DNA of 52,572 nt from Candidatus Tayloriibacteriota bacterium (GTDB lineage Bacteria; Patescibacteriota; Minisyncoccia; Phycocordibacterales; PALSA-1337). Under the pieces are notes generated by a model. That model saw only the letters and a list, made by a program, of their open reading frames with translations, did not search any database and had not been told where the DNA came from. Numbering within the stretch: the first letter of the stretch is position 1; each line of letters opens with the position of its first letter. This document shows, piece by piece, positions 8,825 to 18,427 of the stretch. The translations under genes were made by a program, and so were the position numbers. The stretch is taken from NCBI GenBank assembly GCA_037129895.1, contig JBAXUB010000008.1:1-52572 (forward strand). The letters are read 5' to 3'.

Positions 8825-10732
8825 ATGGAAATCCGCAATATAGCTATAATAGCGCACGTCGACCACGGCAAAACCACCCTCACAGACGCCATAATGACCC
8901 AATGCGGTCACGGTGACGAAGGTACGATGGATTCCAACGCCCTAGAACAAGAGCGTGGTATTACGATATATGCAAAAAATACTTCAGTTAACTACAAAGG
9001 TACCAAGATCAATATAGTAGACACTCCGGGACATGCTGACTTCGGATCAGAAGTCGAACGTGTTCTACGCGCTATTGATGCGGTATTACTCGTAGTTGAT
9101 GCTCAGGAAGGCCCAATGCCTCAAACACGATTCGTATTGAAAAAATCTCTCGAGCTAGGACTCCGACCTATCGTAGTTATCAACAAGATCGATAAGCCAG
9201 CAGCGAACCCAGCACGCGTTCATGATGAAGTATTGGAACTTTTCATGGAACTCGGTGCACACGATTCTCAGATCGACTTCCCAACTATCTATGCTATTGG
9301 TCGAACTGGTGTTGCGAAAAAATCTCTTACAGATGACTCCAAGGATCTCACTCCACTTCTCGATACTATTCTCGAATATGTGCCAGCAGCTAATAGAGCA
9401 GGTAAGATTAAAGATGCTGTAGGGACTTTCGGAGTGAGCGAAGGCGAGCGAGAAGGAGCTGCGGCGCTAGCAAGCGCCGACAGCGTTCCCGGAAGCACTA
9501 TGATCTTACCTGCAGCATTAACTGCACAGGTATTCAACCTCGGCTATGACAATTTCCTAGGTCGCTTGGCAGTATGTCGAATATATTCTGGAGCGATCAA
9601 GGACGGTCAGAACATTTGGATAAAAGACGTTAGCGGAAAATCATTTACCGGCAAAGTGACCAAACTATTTACATTCGAAGGAAAGAAACGTCTAGAAGTA
9701 GCACAAGCAGAAGCTGGTGACATCGTCACCGTTGCTGGAGTGCCGGAGATATTCATCGGTGAGACCATCACTGATAATGTCAATACGGAGCCCTTACCAG
9801 CTATCAAAGTTGATGAACCAACAATCTCTCTACAATTTCTGGTTAACAATTCACCATTTGCGGGCAAGGAAGGAACATTCGTTACGGGCAGACAGATCCG
9901 TGAGAGACTAGAGCGCGAACTGGAGACTAACGTCGGATTGAAAGTTGATTTTTCATCAAACGAATATTATACAGTCTATGGTCGCGGTGAACTCCATATC
10001 GGTATATTACTAGAAAATATGCGACGTGAAGGATTCGAACTTCAGGTTTCTCAACCAAAAGTAATCATCAAGGAGGAGAAGGACGAAGCTGGTAATATCA
10101 CAAAAACCTTCGAACCGTTCGAAGAGGTTATCATTGACGCTCCACAGGAATATTCTGGTATCATCATAGAGACACTAGGTAAGCGTAAAGCGATCATGTC
10201 CAACATGACAGCACACGGCAATCAGGTTCGCATAGTTTTCGAAATGCCAACAAGAGGACTTCTGGGATATCGTAATACATTCACTATAGATACGAAGGGT
10301 GAAGGTATCATGTCTAGTCGCGTTACAGGCTTCAAAGATCATGTTGGAGTTATAGAAAAGCGCGAAACAGGTTCGATGACTTCTATGGTTTCTGGTAAAT
10401 CTTTTGGCTTTTCACTATGGAATCTGCAAGACCGCGGAAGACTATTCATCATTCCTGCTATGGATATTTACGAGGGTATGGTTATCGGTGATACATCAAA
10501 AGGTGACGATCTAGAAGTTAACCCATGTAAAGGAAAGCAGCTATCAAATATGCGTTCTTCTGGAAAAGATGAAGCTCTCACACTCGTGCCACCATTTATA
10601 TTGAGTATTGAACGTGGACTAGAACTCATGCGCGATGATGAATACCTAGAGATCACCCCGAAAAATATACGATTACGCAAGAAATTCCTCACAGAACTAG
10701 ATCGAGCACGAGCTAGAAGGAAGGATCTATAA
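8825..10732 (+). CDS. typA: Translational GTPase TypA/BipA with an in-frame insertion
   Basis: [46 protein letters not shown]. Confidence 0.97.
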   Translation: MEIRNIAIIAHVDHGKTTLTDAIMTQCGHGDEGTMDSNALEQERGITIYAKNTSVNYKGTKINIVDTPGHADFGSEVERVLRAIDAVLLVVDAQEGPMPQTRFVLKKSLELGLRPIVVINKIDKPAANPARVHDEVLELFMELGAHDSQIDFPTIYAIGRTGVAKKSLTDDSKDLTPLLDTILEYVPAANRAGKIKDAVGTFGVSEGEREGAAALASADSVPGSTMILPAALTAQVFNLGYDNFLGRLAVCRIYSGAIKDGQNIWIKDVSGKSFTGKVTKLFTFEGKKRLEVAQAEAGDIVTVAGVPEIFIGETITDNVNTEPLPAIKVDEPTISLQFLVNNSPFAGKEGTFVTGRQIRERLERELETNVGLKVDFSSNEYYTVYGRGELHIGILLENMRREGFELQVSQPKVIIKEEKDEAGNITKTFEPFEEVIIDAPQEYSGIIIETLGKRKAIMSNMTAHGNQVRIVFEMPTRGLLGYRNTFTIDTKGEGIMSSRVTGFKDHVGVIEKRETGSMTSMVSGKSFGFSLWNLQDRGRLFIIPAMDIYEGMVIGDTSKGDDLEVNPCKGKQLSNMRSSGKDEALTLVPPFILSIERGLELMRDDEYLEITPKNIRLRKKFLTELDRARARRKDL

Positions 10733-10815
10733 AGTCTATAAAAAGCGGCGCCGAATCTATATTCGACGCCAGTGATTGAAGCCACACTTGTGGACATTAT
10801 GCCTTATGGACGAAG

Positions 10816-11157
10816 CTATTGTTCCTGTTTGGGATGCGGATGGATAGTGAGTCCGTCCGGTTCCGAAACCATACCGTTCAGAAATTTGCGCATTTCCTGA
10901 TACAACCTGTGCACGTCTGTAAGTGTTTTCGAGCCCGATTCCCCTATCATGCTCTCATCCCATTTCGAGGAGAGATCATGTATGGCAGGCATGAGTCGGC
11001 AGAGCAAGTCCAGCGCCCTGACTTCATTGAAATTGCAGCCGTACAGTCTGCCCATCGTCATCTCGAGCTTGGTTCTCAATTCTTCTGGTACTCCCAGAGT
11101 TTCGAGTTGAACCAGCATCTTGGCCAATTCCACCAGATATATTCTATTGTCATTCAT
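10816..11157 (-). CDS. Hypothetical protein (likely start 11157)
   Basis: ORF track 10816-11211; AAGGA precedes the ATG at 11157; no family recognised. Confidence 0.6.
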   Translation of the reverse strand: MNDNRIYLVELAKMLVQLETLGVPEELRTKLEMTMGRLYGCNFNEVRALDLLCRLMPAIHDLSSKWDESMIGESGSKTLTDVHRLYQEMRKFLNGMVSEPDGLTIHPHPKQEQ

Positions 11158-11226
11158 AAATACTATTTCCTTTCTCTGCAAACAGACTACATCAGCTGCA
11201 GAATATGTCAACCTGCTCGTAATGGT

Positions 11227-12042
11227 TCAATAGCTTGGAAACACCCTTCCTATCTTCGTCCTATTGATCGATAGTGCTATAGCTGCGACTCCGAGATCTT
11301 GACCTATTCTATCAGCTAACGACCTCATATAGGTGCCACTTGAACATCTAACTCTGATCTTAACTGACGGCCATGCTGTCTGGCAGTTTTTCAATAGCCG
11401 GATCCAGGCTTGTATTATTTGATCTTGTCTAAAATCTCCCTTAACTAGACCAATTCTACTGACTATCATTGACAACAGTTTTTCAGACTCGATTGGCACA
11501 ATTTTGTTCTCTACCATTTCAATACTATATATTTCTACTTCCCTCGTAGGCATCTCTTCCGGCAATGCACCGCTTCTAGCCAATTCATGGAGCTGTTTGC
11601 CACCAACGGTTTTTGATGAATACGGTGGGTACTGTTGAACAAACTTCCCAGTATATCCATTCAAATATTCCTGATTCATTATATTCCCAATCTGACTAAG
11701 TCTTATCTCTGTATCGTGTAGAGGTCTGACCTCTACAATACCTAAAGCGTCGAAAGTATCAGTTTTAATACCGAACAAGACTTCGACTTCGTATTCTTTA
11801 TTCAGGTTCAAGAACTTTTCCTTCTCTTTACATTCATCTCCTATCAATATCATAAGTTGACCTTCTGCCATGGGATCAAGGCGCCCGGCGTATGTTAGCG
11901 GTACATCTTTCCAAGAATATTTCGTATCAGTCAAAGATTTGCCATCTACGCATAGTTCACCACTTTGCATTTTAGATAATCTAAATTTTTCCAATGCTTC
12001 AAGTGGCGTCTCACCTATATTCTTATGGATGATTTGGGACAT
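11227..12042 (-). CDS. truB: tRNA pseudouridine(55) synthase TruB-like
   Basis: YAGRLDPMAEG, KEYEV, TDTFD, PPYSS, CSSGTYMRSL. Confidence 0.92.
   Translation of the reverse strand: MSQIIHKNIGETPLEALEKFRLSKMQSGELCVDGKSLTDTKYSWKDVPLTYAGRLDPMAEGQLMILIGDECKEKEKFLNLNKEYEVEVLFGIKTDTFDALGIVEVRPLHDTEIRLSQIGNIMNQEYLNGYTGKFVQQYPPYSSKTVGGKQLHELARSGALPEEMPTREVEIYSIEMVENKIVPIESEKLLSMIVSRIGLVKGDFRQDQIIQAWIRLLKNCQTAWPSVKIRVRCSSGTYMRSLADRIGQDLGVAAIALSINRTKIGRVFPSY
11717..11737. repeat. 21-bp palindrome copy inside truB
   Basis: TGTAGAGGTC-T-GACCTCTACA with perfect 10-bp arms; encodes VEVRPL. Confidence 0.75.
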
Positions 12043-12076
12043 AAGGAGATATTAGCATAGAAATTTGTCTTAATCC

Positions 12077-12142
12077 TTTATTACTTCTTTATCATTTCTT
12101 TATCAAAATTTTATCAGGATTTTATCTATTCTCTGGTACTGT
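12077..12142 (+). promoter_or_regulatory. Promoter with TTTATC direct-repeat array (site C) upstream of tRNA-like RNA
   Basis: TTTATC at 12088, 12099, 12110, 12121 (TTTATT at 12077); TG-n-TACTGT -10 at 12137-12142, 10 bp downstream. Confidence 0.8.
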
Positions 12143-12171
12143 CTCATTGCGCAGGCATCTTGCCTTCGCGT

Positions 12172-12244
12172 GGCCCCGTGAGACGGTCTTGGCTTTTACC
12201 TCATCAATAAAAGTCTGCGGGTTCGACTCCCGCCAGGGCCACCA
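12172..12244 (+). ncRNA. Non-canonical tRNA-like RNA
   Basis: Acceptor GGCCCCG/CAGGGCC + A-CCA; perfect T arm GCGGG-TTCGACT-CCCGC; vestigial D arm; 8-bp stem GGCTTTTA/TAAAAGTC with 9-nt loop CCTCATCAA; 1-nt variable region. Confidence 0.75.
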
Positions 12245-12254
12245 AATATCGAAC

Positions 12255-12282
12255 TTGACGAACTCTTGTTTTCAACTATAAT
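12255..12282 (+). promoter_or_regulatory. Sigma70-type promoter for downstream sRNA
   Basis: TTGACG-N16-TATAAT. Confidence 0.7.
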
Positions 12283-12288
12283 GATAAC

Positions 12289-12373
12289 CAATTGATGAGG
12301 TAGAAGCTGCGGAACGCTGAGAAAGGAAAACTCGCAGACTTAGTAAAGACTCGCTTCGGCGGGTTTTTACTTT
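12289..12373 (+). ncRNA. Putative ~85-nt sRNA antisense to the tRNA-like RNA
   Basis: Own promoter; 5' ATTGATGAGGTAGAAGC complementary to 12192-12208; CTGCG/CGCAG stem; terminator AGTAAAGACTCGC-TTCG-GCGGGTTTTTACT; no ATG-initiated ORF longer than 2 codons. Confidence 0.65.
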
Positions 12374-12405
12374 AAATATTAATCCATTCCTGCTACAATA
12401 TCCCC

Positions 12406-13680
12406 ATGGCAGATAAAGCAAAAAAACTGAATACTGAGGCTTATAAAGGCGTCCGAGACTTCTTTCCGCAGGATATGGCGATCGAAAAGGCTATTTTCGG
12501 CGTATGGAGAAATGTCTGCGAGAAATATGGTTACGAAGAATACGGTGCTTCTGTATTGGAGCCGGCCGAACTTTATCGTGCAAAATCAGGCGAAGAGATA
12601 GTAAACGAACAGACTTACACATTCACAGATCGTGGAGATCGTGAAGTGACATTGCGTCCAGAGATGACACCAACTGTAGCTCGTATGGTCGCAGCAAAGA
12701 AACGCGAACTCGCCTTTCCGTTACGCTGGTACTCGATTCCAAACCTTTTCCGTTATGAACAACCACAGAGAGGCCGCGTCCGTGAACATTGGCAGCTCAA
12801 TGTGGACATATTCGGCGTTGATTCGATAAACGCAGAGATTGAGACTATCAATATGGCTTACGATATTATGCGTGCTTATGGCCTCAAAGATACCGACTTC
12901 GAGATACGTGTAAACAACCGGAAACTGATGAACTATGTAACACGCGACGTATTCTCACTAGATGAGTCAACCGCACAGAAAGTCTCTAAACTGATCGACA
13001 AGAAAGACAAGATGAAGCCCGAGACATTCGAGCTCGGTGCAAAGGAATTACTCGGAGAAAATACTCAGAAATTTTTGACACTTCTCAATTCACAGAATTT
13101 TGAGGAATTCACCTCGAGACTCCCGCAGACAAAAGAGGAACATCTCGGCCTCAAGGAGATTCGCGAAGTCATCGCTGGCCTAGAAAAGCTAGGTATAACC
13201 AATACACGTTTTGACCAAACTCTGATGCGCGGATTTGACTATTATACTGGGATCGTATTCGAAGTATTCGACCTCAATCCCGCAAATCGTCGTGCCGTTT
13301 TTGGTGGTGGTAGATATGATGACCTATTGGCACTATTCGGCAATGACAAGGTATCAGCTGTCGGATTTGGCTCTGGTGATGTGATCGCTCGTGACATTAT
13401 GGAAACCTATGGAACACTGCCAGCAGTGAAAGCGCCAGCCAATATAGCTATCTGCATACTTGGCACACAGAATACATCATACGCACTGGATGTGGCTCAA
13501 TCATTACGATCAAAAGGGACGAAAGTCACCGTCAATATATCTGGAAAGAAGCTCAGTGATCAGATCAGTAATGCAGACAAATGCAGTATACCTCTAGTCA
13601 TTTGCATCGGCGACGAAGAAGTCAAAACTGGCAAACTTAAAATCAAGGACCTGAAGAGCGGTGAGGAAAAGGAGTTGTAA
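12406..13680 (+). CDS. hisS: Histidine--tRNA ligase
   Basis: KGVRDF, LRPEMT, FRYEQPQRGRVREHWQ, RGFDYYTG, GGGRYD. Confidence 0.97.
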   Translation: MADKAKKLNTEAYKGVRDFFPQDMAIEKAIFGVWRNVCEKYGYEEYGASVLEPAELYRAKSGEEIVNEQTYTFTDRGDREVTLRPEMTPTVARMVAAKKRELAFPLRWYSIPNLFRYEQPQRGRVREHWQLNVDIFGVDSINAEIETINMAYDIMRAYGLKDTDFEIRVNNRKLMNYVTRDVFSLDESTAQKVSKLIDKKDKMKPETFELGAKELLGENTQKFLTLLNSQNFEEFTSRLPQTKEEHLGLKEIREVIAGLEKLGITNTRFDQTLMRGFDYYTGIVFEVFDLNPANRRAVFGGGRYDDLLALFGNDKVSAVGFGSGDVIARDIMETYGTLPAVKAPANIAICILGTQNTSYALDVAQSLRSKGTKVTVNISGKKLSDQISNADKCSIPLVICIGDEEVKTGKLKIKDLKSGEEKEL

Positions 13681-13707
13681 ATCGGACCACGAGATCTTTC
13701 GTTCTGG

Positions 13708-13726
13708 TTTCTCGTAACTTCAGGCT
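13708..13726 (+). repeat. Direct repeat flanking dinD (copy 1)
   Basis: TTTCTCGTAACTTCAGGCT, 18/19 identical to 14653-14671. Confidence 0.75.
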
Positions 13727-13738
13727 ACTGTCCGCGAA

Positions 13739-14572
13739 CTATCTACTCAAAACCATCTTTCTGTCTTCCGACTTTATCCTCCTTCTTAATTTCTTCAAAT
13801 CCTCCGCCGCTGGCAAAGCCTCCGGTTTTATACCGCTTTTACCCAGAAGATCTCGAACATTTTTGTTATTTTTTATATGTTCATGAGTTATCACTGCTTC
13901 ACCTCTTAGGTTAGCTTCACGCTTCAAAGTAAAGCTCGTTATCTCATTTGCAAAATCCTTAGCCTTTATAGTAATAGCAGGCAAAAAATCAGCCAAGGCA
14001 CGCGAGACCGGCACACCAAGCTTCTGCTTCATATTCAATGTGGTGTTGCCACCAAACAATGCTTGGTCACCTTTACTTCGTATTCGTGCAAAACCGGCAC
14101 CATCAACACCACGCTCGTACATCAATCCTGATAATAGCTTCTCGGAATTTGACAGCTTTTCCCTGAACATCAACCGTTCCAGCTCATTTATTCTTTTCTC
14201 TATCAACTCCTGCTTACGAGTCTGTATAGCAAAATATGCCATAGCAAAGGCCACTGGTCCTTTATTTGGGTCTCCATTTTGGGCTACGAGATAACATGCG
14301 TAACGAGTAAGTGAAATGTCTTCAATCTCACGTTCTGCGCCCTTACCGGCAACTATCATCTTGTTGACACCAACAAATTGATCGCCGACTGAAACTTTGC
14401 TGTTAGTACAAGCCGTTTTTGCCTTATCTATAACCTTGAGAAAATTCCGCCACTCATCGTACCCCAACAAAACCTGTAAATCCCTAGCAAACCAAAATTC
14501 AAGTCCATCCTCTGTTTTTTGGGCGTACTCATCGAAACTTTTATGAAGTTGGTGAATAATTTCAGTTTTCAT
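13739..14572 (-). CDS. dinD: DNA-damage-inducible protein D (Bro-N family)
   Basis: EFWFARDLQVLLGY, LTRYACYLVAQNGDP, YFAIQTRKQE, RSKGDQALFGG; start moved to ATG 14572, 7 nt after TATAAT. Confidence 0.9.
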   Translation of the reverse strand: MKTEIIHQLHKSFDEYAQKTEDGLEFWFARDLQVLLGYDEWRNFLKVIDKAKTACTNSKVSVGDQFVGVNKMIVAGKGAEREIEDISLTRYACYLVAQNGDPNKGPVAFAMAYFAIQTRKQELIEKRINELERLMFREKLSNSEKLLSGLMYERGVDGAGFARIRSKGDQALFGGNTTLNMKQKLGVPVSRALADFLPAITIKAKDFANEITSFTLKREANLRGEAVITHEHIKNNKNVRDLLGKSGIKPEALPAAEDLKKLRRRIKSEDRKMVLSR

Positions 14573-14652
14573 TTGCACAATTATATCAAACGAAATATTC
14601 TTGAGAAGTTCCCAAGCAAAAAAAATTATGTTGAAACATACGAAATCAGAAA

Positions 14653-14671
14653 TTTCTCGTAACTTCAAGCT
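14653..14671 (+). repeat. Direct repeat flanking dinD (copy 2)
   Basis: TTTCTCGTAACTTCAAGCT. Confidence 0.75.
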
Positions 14672-16879
14672 TTACCTTCCTACTACCCCTCTCGTCATAG
14701 ATCCAAAGAATCCTGTTGATGGTAGACCACTGTCTTTCTGGTACTTCATAAGAGCCTTCTTGGTTAAAGAACCAAATGAGGTCGTCTCCTTGCCAGGAGA
14801 ACCCGGACCAGAAGTAGCAATCGTATAACCTTTTGAATTCAGGAATTGCTGCAAGAACTTTACATCTTGACCGTTACTGCCAAATTGGAGATTGCGTATG
14901 AGAGTAGCTTTGATCTTTGCAATGGTAAATACGGCTTGAGATTGAAGTCCTTCTAATGTAGTAGCCTTTTGTGTACATACATAGCCAGTTGGACATCCTG
15001 GGACTATAGACCTTGTTGTAGTTGCTTATAGAAGTCCAAGAGCCAAAAGTGTCTGCATGCTTACACGACTACCTCCTGATGAAGAAGAACTACCCGGAAC
15101 AGAAGCTGTGGGACAGACAGACGTTATGAATGTGTCATCACTGCTAGATGCAGTACCTGCTATATTTGTAGCAAAGGAGCGAAAGTGATATGTAGTGTTA
15201 CATGTCAGACCTGTAATGCCTTCAGCAAATGTCTCTGTGGCATAATCTCCAGATGTTGACACTACACTGCCATATGAGCCAGTCGTACCATATTCGAAAC
15301 CTGCAATAGTAGCATTAACTCCTCCTGTATTTGTGATTTCACCATTTAGAGTTGCAGCTGTAGTTGTGAGAGACGTGGCTGTAGAAGTAATAACAGTAGG
15401 AACAGCGGCGAGTGTAGTAGTAGAGAGTATTACTCCAGTTGACGTACCAGCAGAGTTTACGGCATATGCTCTATAGTAATATGTTGTATTTGGAATGAGA
15501 TCGGTGAGACTCTGTGTAAAATTACCTGCTGATTGAGCGCCTAACGTGGTCGTAGCTATAACTGTCGTGAGAGTAGCTGATGTAGTTCCATATGCAAAGC
15601 CTGACTGAGTGACAGATGCAGAACCGATAGAACTAATACTGGCATTTAATGACAGACTAGATGATGAGACAGATAACGCGTCGGCGGTTGTGATAGTGGG
15701 AGGTGTGGGATTTGAAAATACGGCAAGATATTGGTATGAGGAGCTCCCTCCTACGGTGGCGAATAGCCCTCCAGCATATAACTTGTTCCCATCAGAAGAA
15801 AGTGTAATGGCCATAACTCGGTTTCCCAAATCGGGATTGAAAGCAGAGACCACTGTTCCATCCGACGTTTTAATGGCGGCCAAACGGTTATATGTTACAC
15901 CTCCTACAGTAGTGAAGTAGCCACCAGCATACAATTTACTACCATCAGAAGAGAGAGCGACAGCATTAACTCGGTTTCCCATATTTGGATTAAATGTTGT
16001 ACTTGCTGTACCGTCTGATGTCTTGATAGCAGCTAAACGGTTACATGTTACACCTCCTACTGTAATGAAAGTTCCTCCTGCATAAAGGGTAGACCCATCA
16101 GAAGAAAGAACGAGGGCGATAACAAAGGACTCCATATTCGAATTAAATGTAGAAATTGCTGTTCCATCCGACGTATTGATTGCTGCCAAATAATTATACG
16201 TCGCAACCCCTACAGTGGTGAAATAACCACCAGTATACAATTTACTACCATCAGATGAAAGAGCGAGTGCAGTTACAACACTTCCTACATTTGGATTGAA
16301 TGTCGTACTAGCTGTACCGTCTGATGTCTTAATAGCTGCCAGATTGTTGTATGTTGCACCCCCTACAGTAAGAAATTGACCTCCTACATAAATAGTCATG
16401 TTATCAGATGAAAGAGCGAGGGCGATTACGGCATTCCCTACAGTACCTACATTTGGATTAAACGTAGTACTTGCTGTACCGTCTGATGTCTTGATAGCAG
16501 CTAAACGGTTATATGTTACACCTCCTACTGTAATGAAAGTTCCTCCTGCATAAAGGGTAGACCCATCAGAAGAAAGGGCCAGGGCTGAAACAGTACTATC
16601 CATATTTGGATCAAAATTTGGATCAAGTGTACCATTAGAAAGAATGTGAGCAAGACGATTGCGTGTTGTGCCTCCGACATCAGTAAAAGCTCCGCCAATA
16701 TAATATCCACCTGATGTGTCGGGGACTATGGCATTAACAGCACCATTAGGTAATGGCACCCCAGCATCTGGCGTTGAGGAAAACTCCGCCTTCGATATAC
16801 TAGGTGCTGTAAACAGAACTGATGCAATCAACAACGTAAATACTGTAACCGGCAATATTATATATATTCTTTTCTTCAT
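14672..16879 (-). pseudogene. Secreted beta-propeller-repeat / FN3-like / peptidoglycan-binding surface protein split by one in-frame TAA (15026-15028)
   Basis: Signal peptide MKKRIYIILP; ~56-aa LALSSDGS.LYAGG.F.TVGG repeats; TTYYYRAYAVN FN3-like units; same frame continues after TAA into RNLQFGSNGQDVKFLQQFLN...TGFFGSMTR (PG-binding). Confidence 0.8.
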
Positions 16880-16927
16880 TATTACAATAAATATTTTATC
16901 TATTATACCACAACAATACAAGTATAC

Positions 16928-16948
16928 TGCATAGGTCAGACCTCTGCA
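16928..16948. repeat. 21-bp palindrome family copy
   Basis: TGCATAGGTCAGACCTCTGCA. Confidence 0.75.
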
Positions 16949-16994
16949 TCTCTACGCATTGCTGAAAACTCCCTCTTCCCTTACAATAGACTCC

Positions 16995-17570
16995 ATGCGC
17001 AAAATAACTTTTGATATAGAGACGAAGAACTTTTTCCAAGAAGTTGGATCAAACGACCCTAGAGATCTAGATATTTCAGTGGTATGCCTGCACGACTCGG
17101 CCGATGACAGCTACAAGAGTTTCCTCGAGAAGGATTTCAACAAACTGTGGCCTATCATCGAACAGGCCGACATGCTGATCACCTGGAATGGCGACCACTT
17201 CGATATCCCATTATTAAATAAATACTACTCGGGAGACTTGAGTAAGATCAAAAGTCTAGACCTCATGAAAGAAGTCCAGAAAGTTCTAGGAAGGCGTCTA
17301 AAGCTAGACAGTGTCGGCGAAGCTACGCTAGGTAGAAACAAATCAGGCAATGGTATAGACGCGGTCAATTGGTGGAGAACCGGTGAGATAGACAAGATCA
17401 TAAAGTATTGTATCGAAGATGTCAGGCTGACGAAGGAACTATACGACTTTGCTATAAGTAATAGCCACCTCAAATACCGAGACATCGGCAATCTGAAAGA
17501 GATCAAACTGAACACTACTGACTGGGAAACACCACAGTCATCGGCTATGACTTTTACTTTACCATTCTAA
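16995..17570 (+). CDS. RNase H-like (YprB/DEDD-type) exonuclease domain protein
   Basis: ITFDIET, TWNGDHFDIP, YCIEDV; start moved to ATG 7 nt after TACAAT. Confidence 0.88.
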   Translation: MRKITFDIETKNFFQEVGSNDPRDLDISVVCLHDSADDSYKSFLEKDFNKLWPIIEQADMLITWNGDHFDIPLLNKYYSGDLSKIKSLDLMKEVQKVLGRRLKLDSVGEATLGRNKSGNGIDAVNWWRTGEIDKIIKYCIEDVRLTKELYDFAISNSHLKYRDIGNLKEIKLNTTDWETPQSSAMTFTLPF

Positions 17571-17587
17571 TCCTGTAGACTAAACCT

Positions 17588-18412
17588 ATGGAAAATACAA
17601 AAACATACAATCATTTAACAGTCCCTGCAGCGATCATCATTGCTGGAGCGATCATTGCTATCGCAATCATCTGGAATAAGCAACCAAGTACGACGACCAA
17701 AGCACCAGAGGAAAAACGCGTGACTGTGAACTTATCAGCAATTACAACTGCAGATCATATTTTCGGTAATCCAGATGCAGCTATCAAGATCGTTGAGTAC
17801 TCGGATCCTTCTTGCCCATATTGCAAGACTTTCAATCCAACGATGGAGGATATCATAAACAAATACGGACCAACAGGAGAAGTTGCGTGGATATACAGAC
17901 ACTTCCCACTCAACAAACCAGATGCCAATGGCAATGTACTGCATCCGAACGCTATGAATGAATCTCAAGCCCTAGAATGTGCTGCTTCAGTAGGAGGTAA
18001 CGATAAATTCTGGGCATTTGAAAAGAAACTCTACGAGGTAACACCTTCAGTAACAAGCCAGTCACCGAAAGGTCTAGACCCAGCACAGCTCCCTATCATC
18101 GCGAAATCAGTCGGCATAGATACGAAAGCATTCAGCGAATGTCTATCTAGTGGCAAATTCGCAGATACAGTGAACAAGGAATACCTCTCAGGTATCAACG
18201 CTGGAGTCTCTGGAACACCGAGTAACTTTCTGGTATTGAATAAACCAGCCAACAAGAGTGTCAAAACATTTATCGACAATACTGTTGTGACCAATTCTTT
18301 GCCACCATCACTCCTATACATAACTGATGACATGAAGACGATAGTTATGGCTGGGGCGATGCCAAAAGAACTCATAGTTGGCCTTATATCCGCTATACAA
18401 GCAGACAAATAG
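17588..18412 (+). CDS. DsbA-family thioredoxin-fold oxidoreductase
   Basis: N-terminal TM, EYSDPSCPYC, YRHFPL, GVSGTP. Confidence 0.92.
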   Translation: MENTKTYNHLTVPAAIIIAGAIIAIAIIWNKQPSTTTKAPEEKRVTVNLSAITTADHIFGNPDAAIKIVEYSDPSCPYCKTFNPTMEDIINKYGPTGEVAWIYRHFPLNKPDANGNVLHPNAMNESQALECAASVGGNDKFWAFEKKLYEVTPSVTSQSPKGLDPAQLPIIAKSVGIDTKAFSECLSSGKFADTVNKEYLSGINAGVSGTPSNFLVLNKPANKSVKTFIDNTVVTNSLPPSLLYITDDMKTIVMAGAMPKELIVGLISAIQADK

Positions 18413-18427
18413 CCACCGCTCCATTTG

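Noticed and set aside
12291-12325. Hammerhead ribozyme or C/D-box reading of TGATGA...GAAA/CTGA
   Set aside because: The core lacks the C of CUGAUGA, and I could not build stems I-III or a terminal C/D stem.
12172-12373. tmRNA (standard or two-piece) interpretation of the tRNA-like RNA
   Set aside because: No G3-U70 alanine identity pair (it is C-G), both acceptor strands lie in one 73-nt unit, and no tag frame ending in Ala-Ala follows.
13708-14671. Integron attC cassette for dinD
   Set aside because: The repeats are direct, lack RYYYAAC/GTTRRRY pairing and the attC hairpin, and no integron integrase is present.
15026-15028. Stop-codon reassignment
   Set aside because: TAA, TAG and TGA all end conserved genes at expected positions (hisS TAA, prfA TAG, rpoD TGA).
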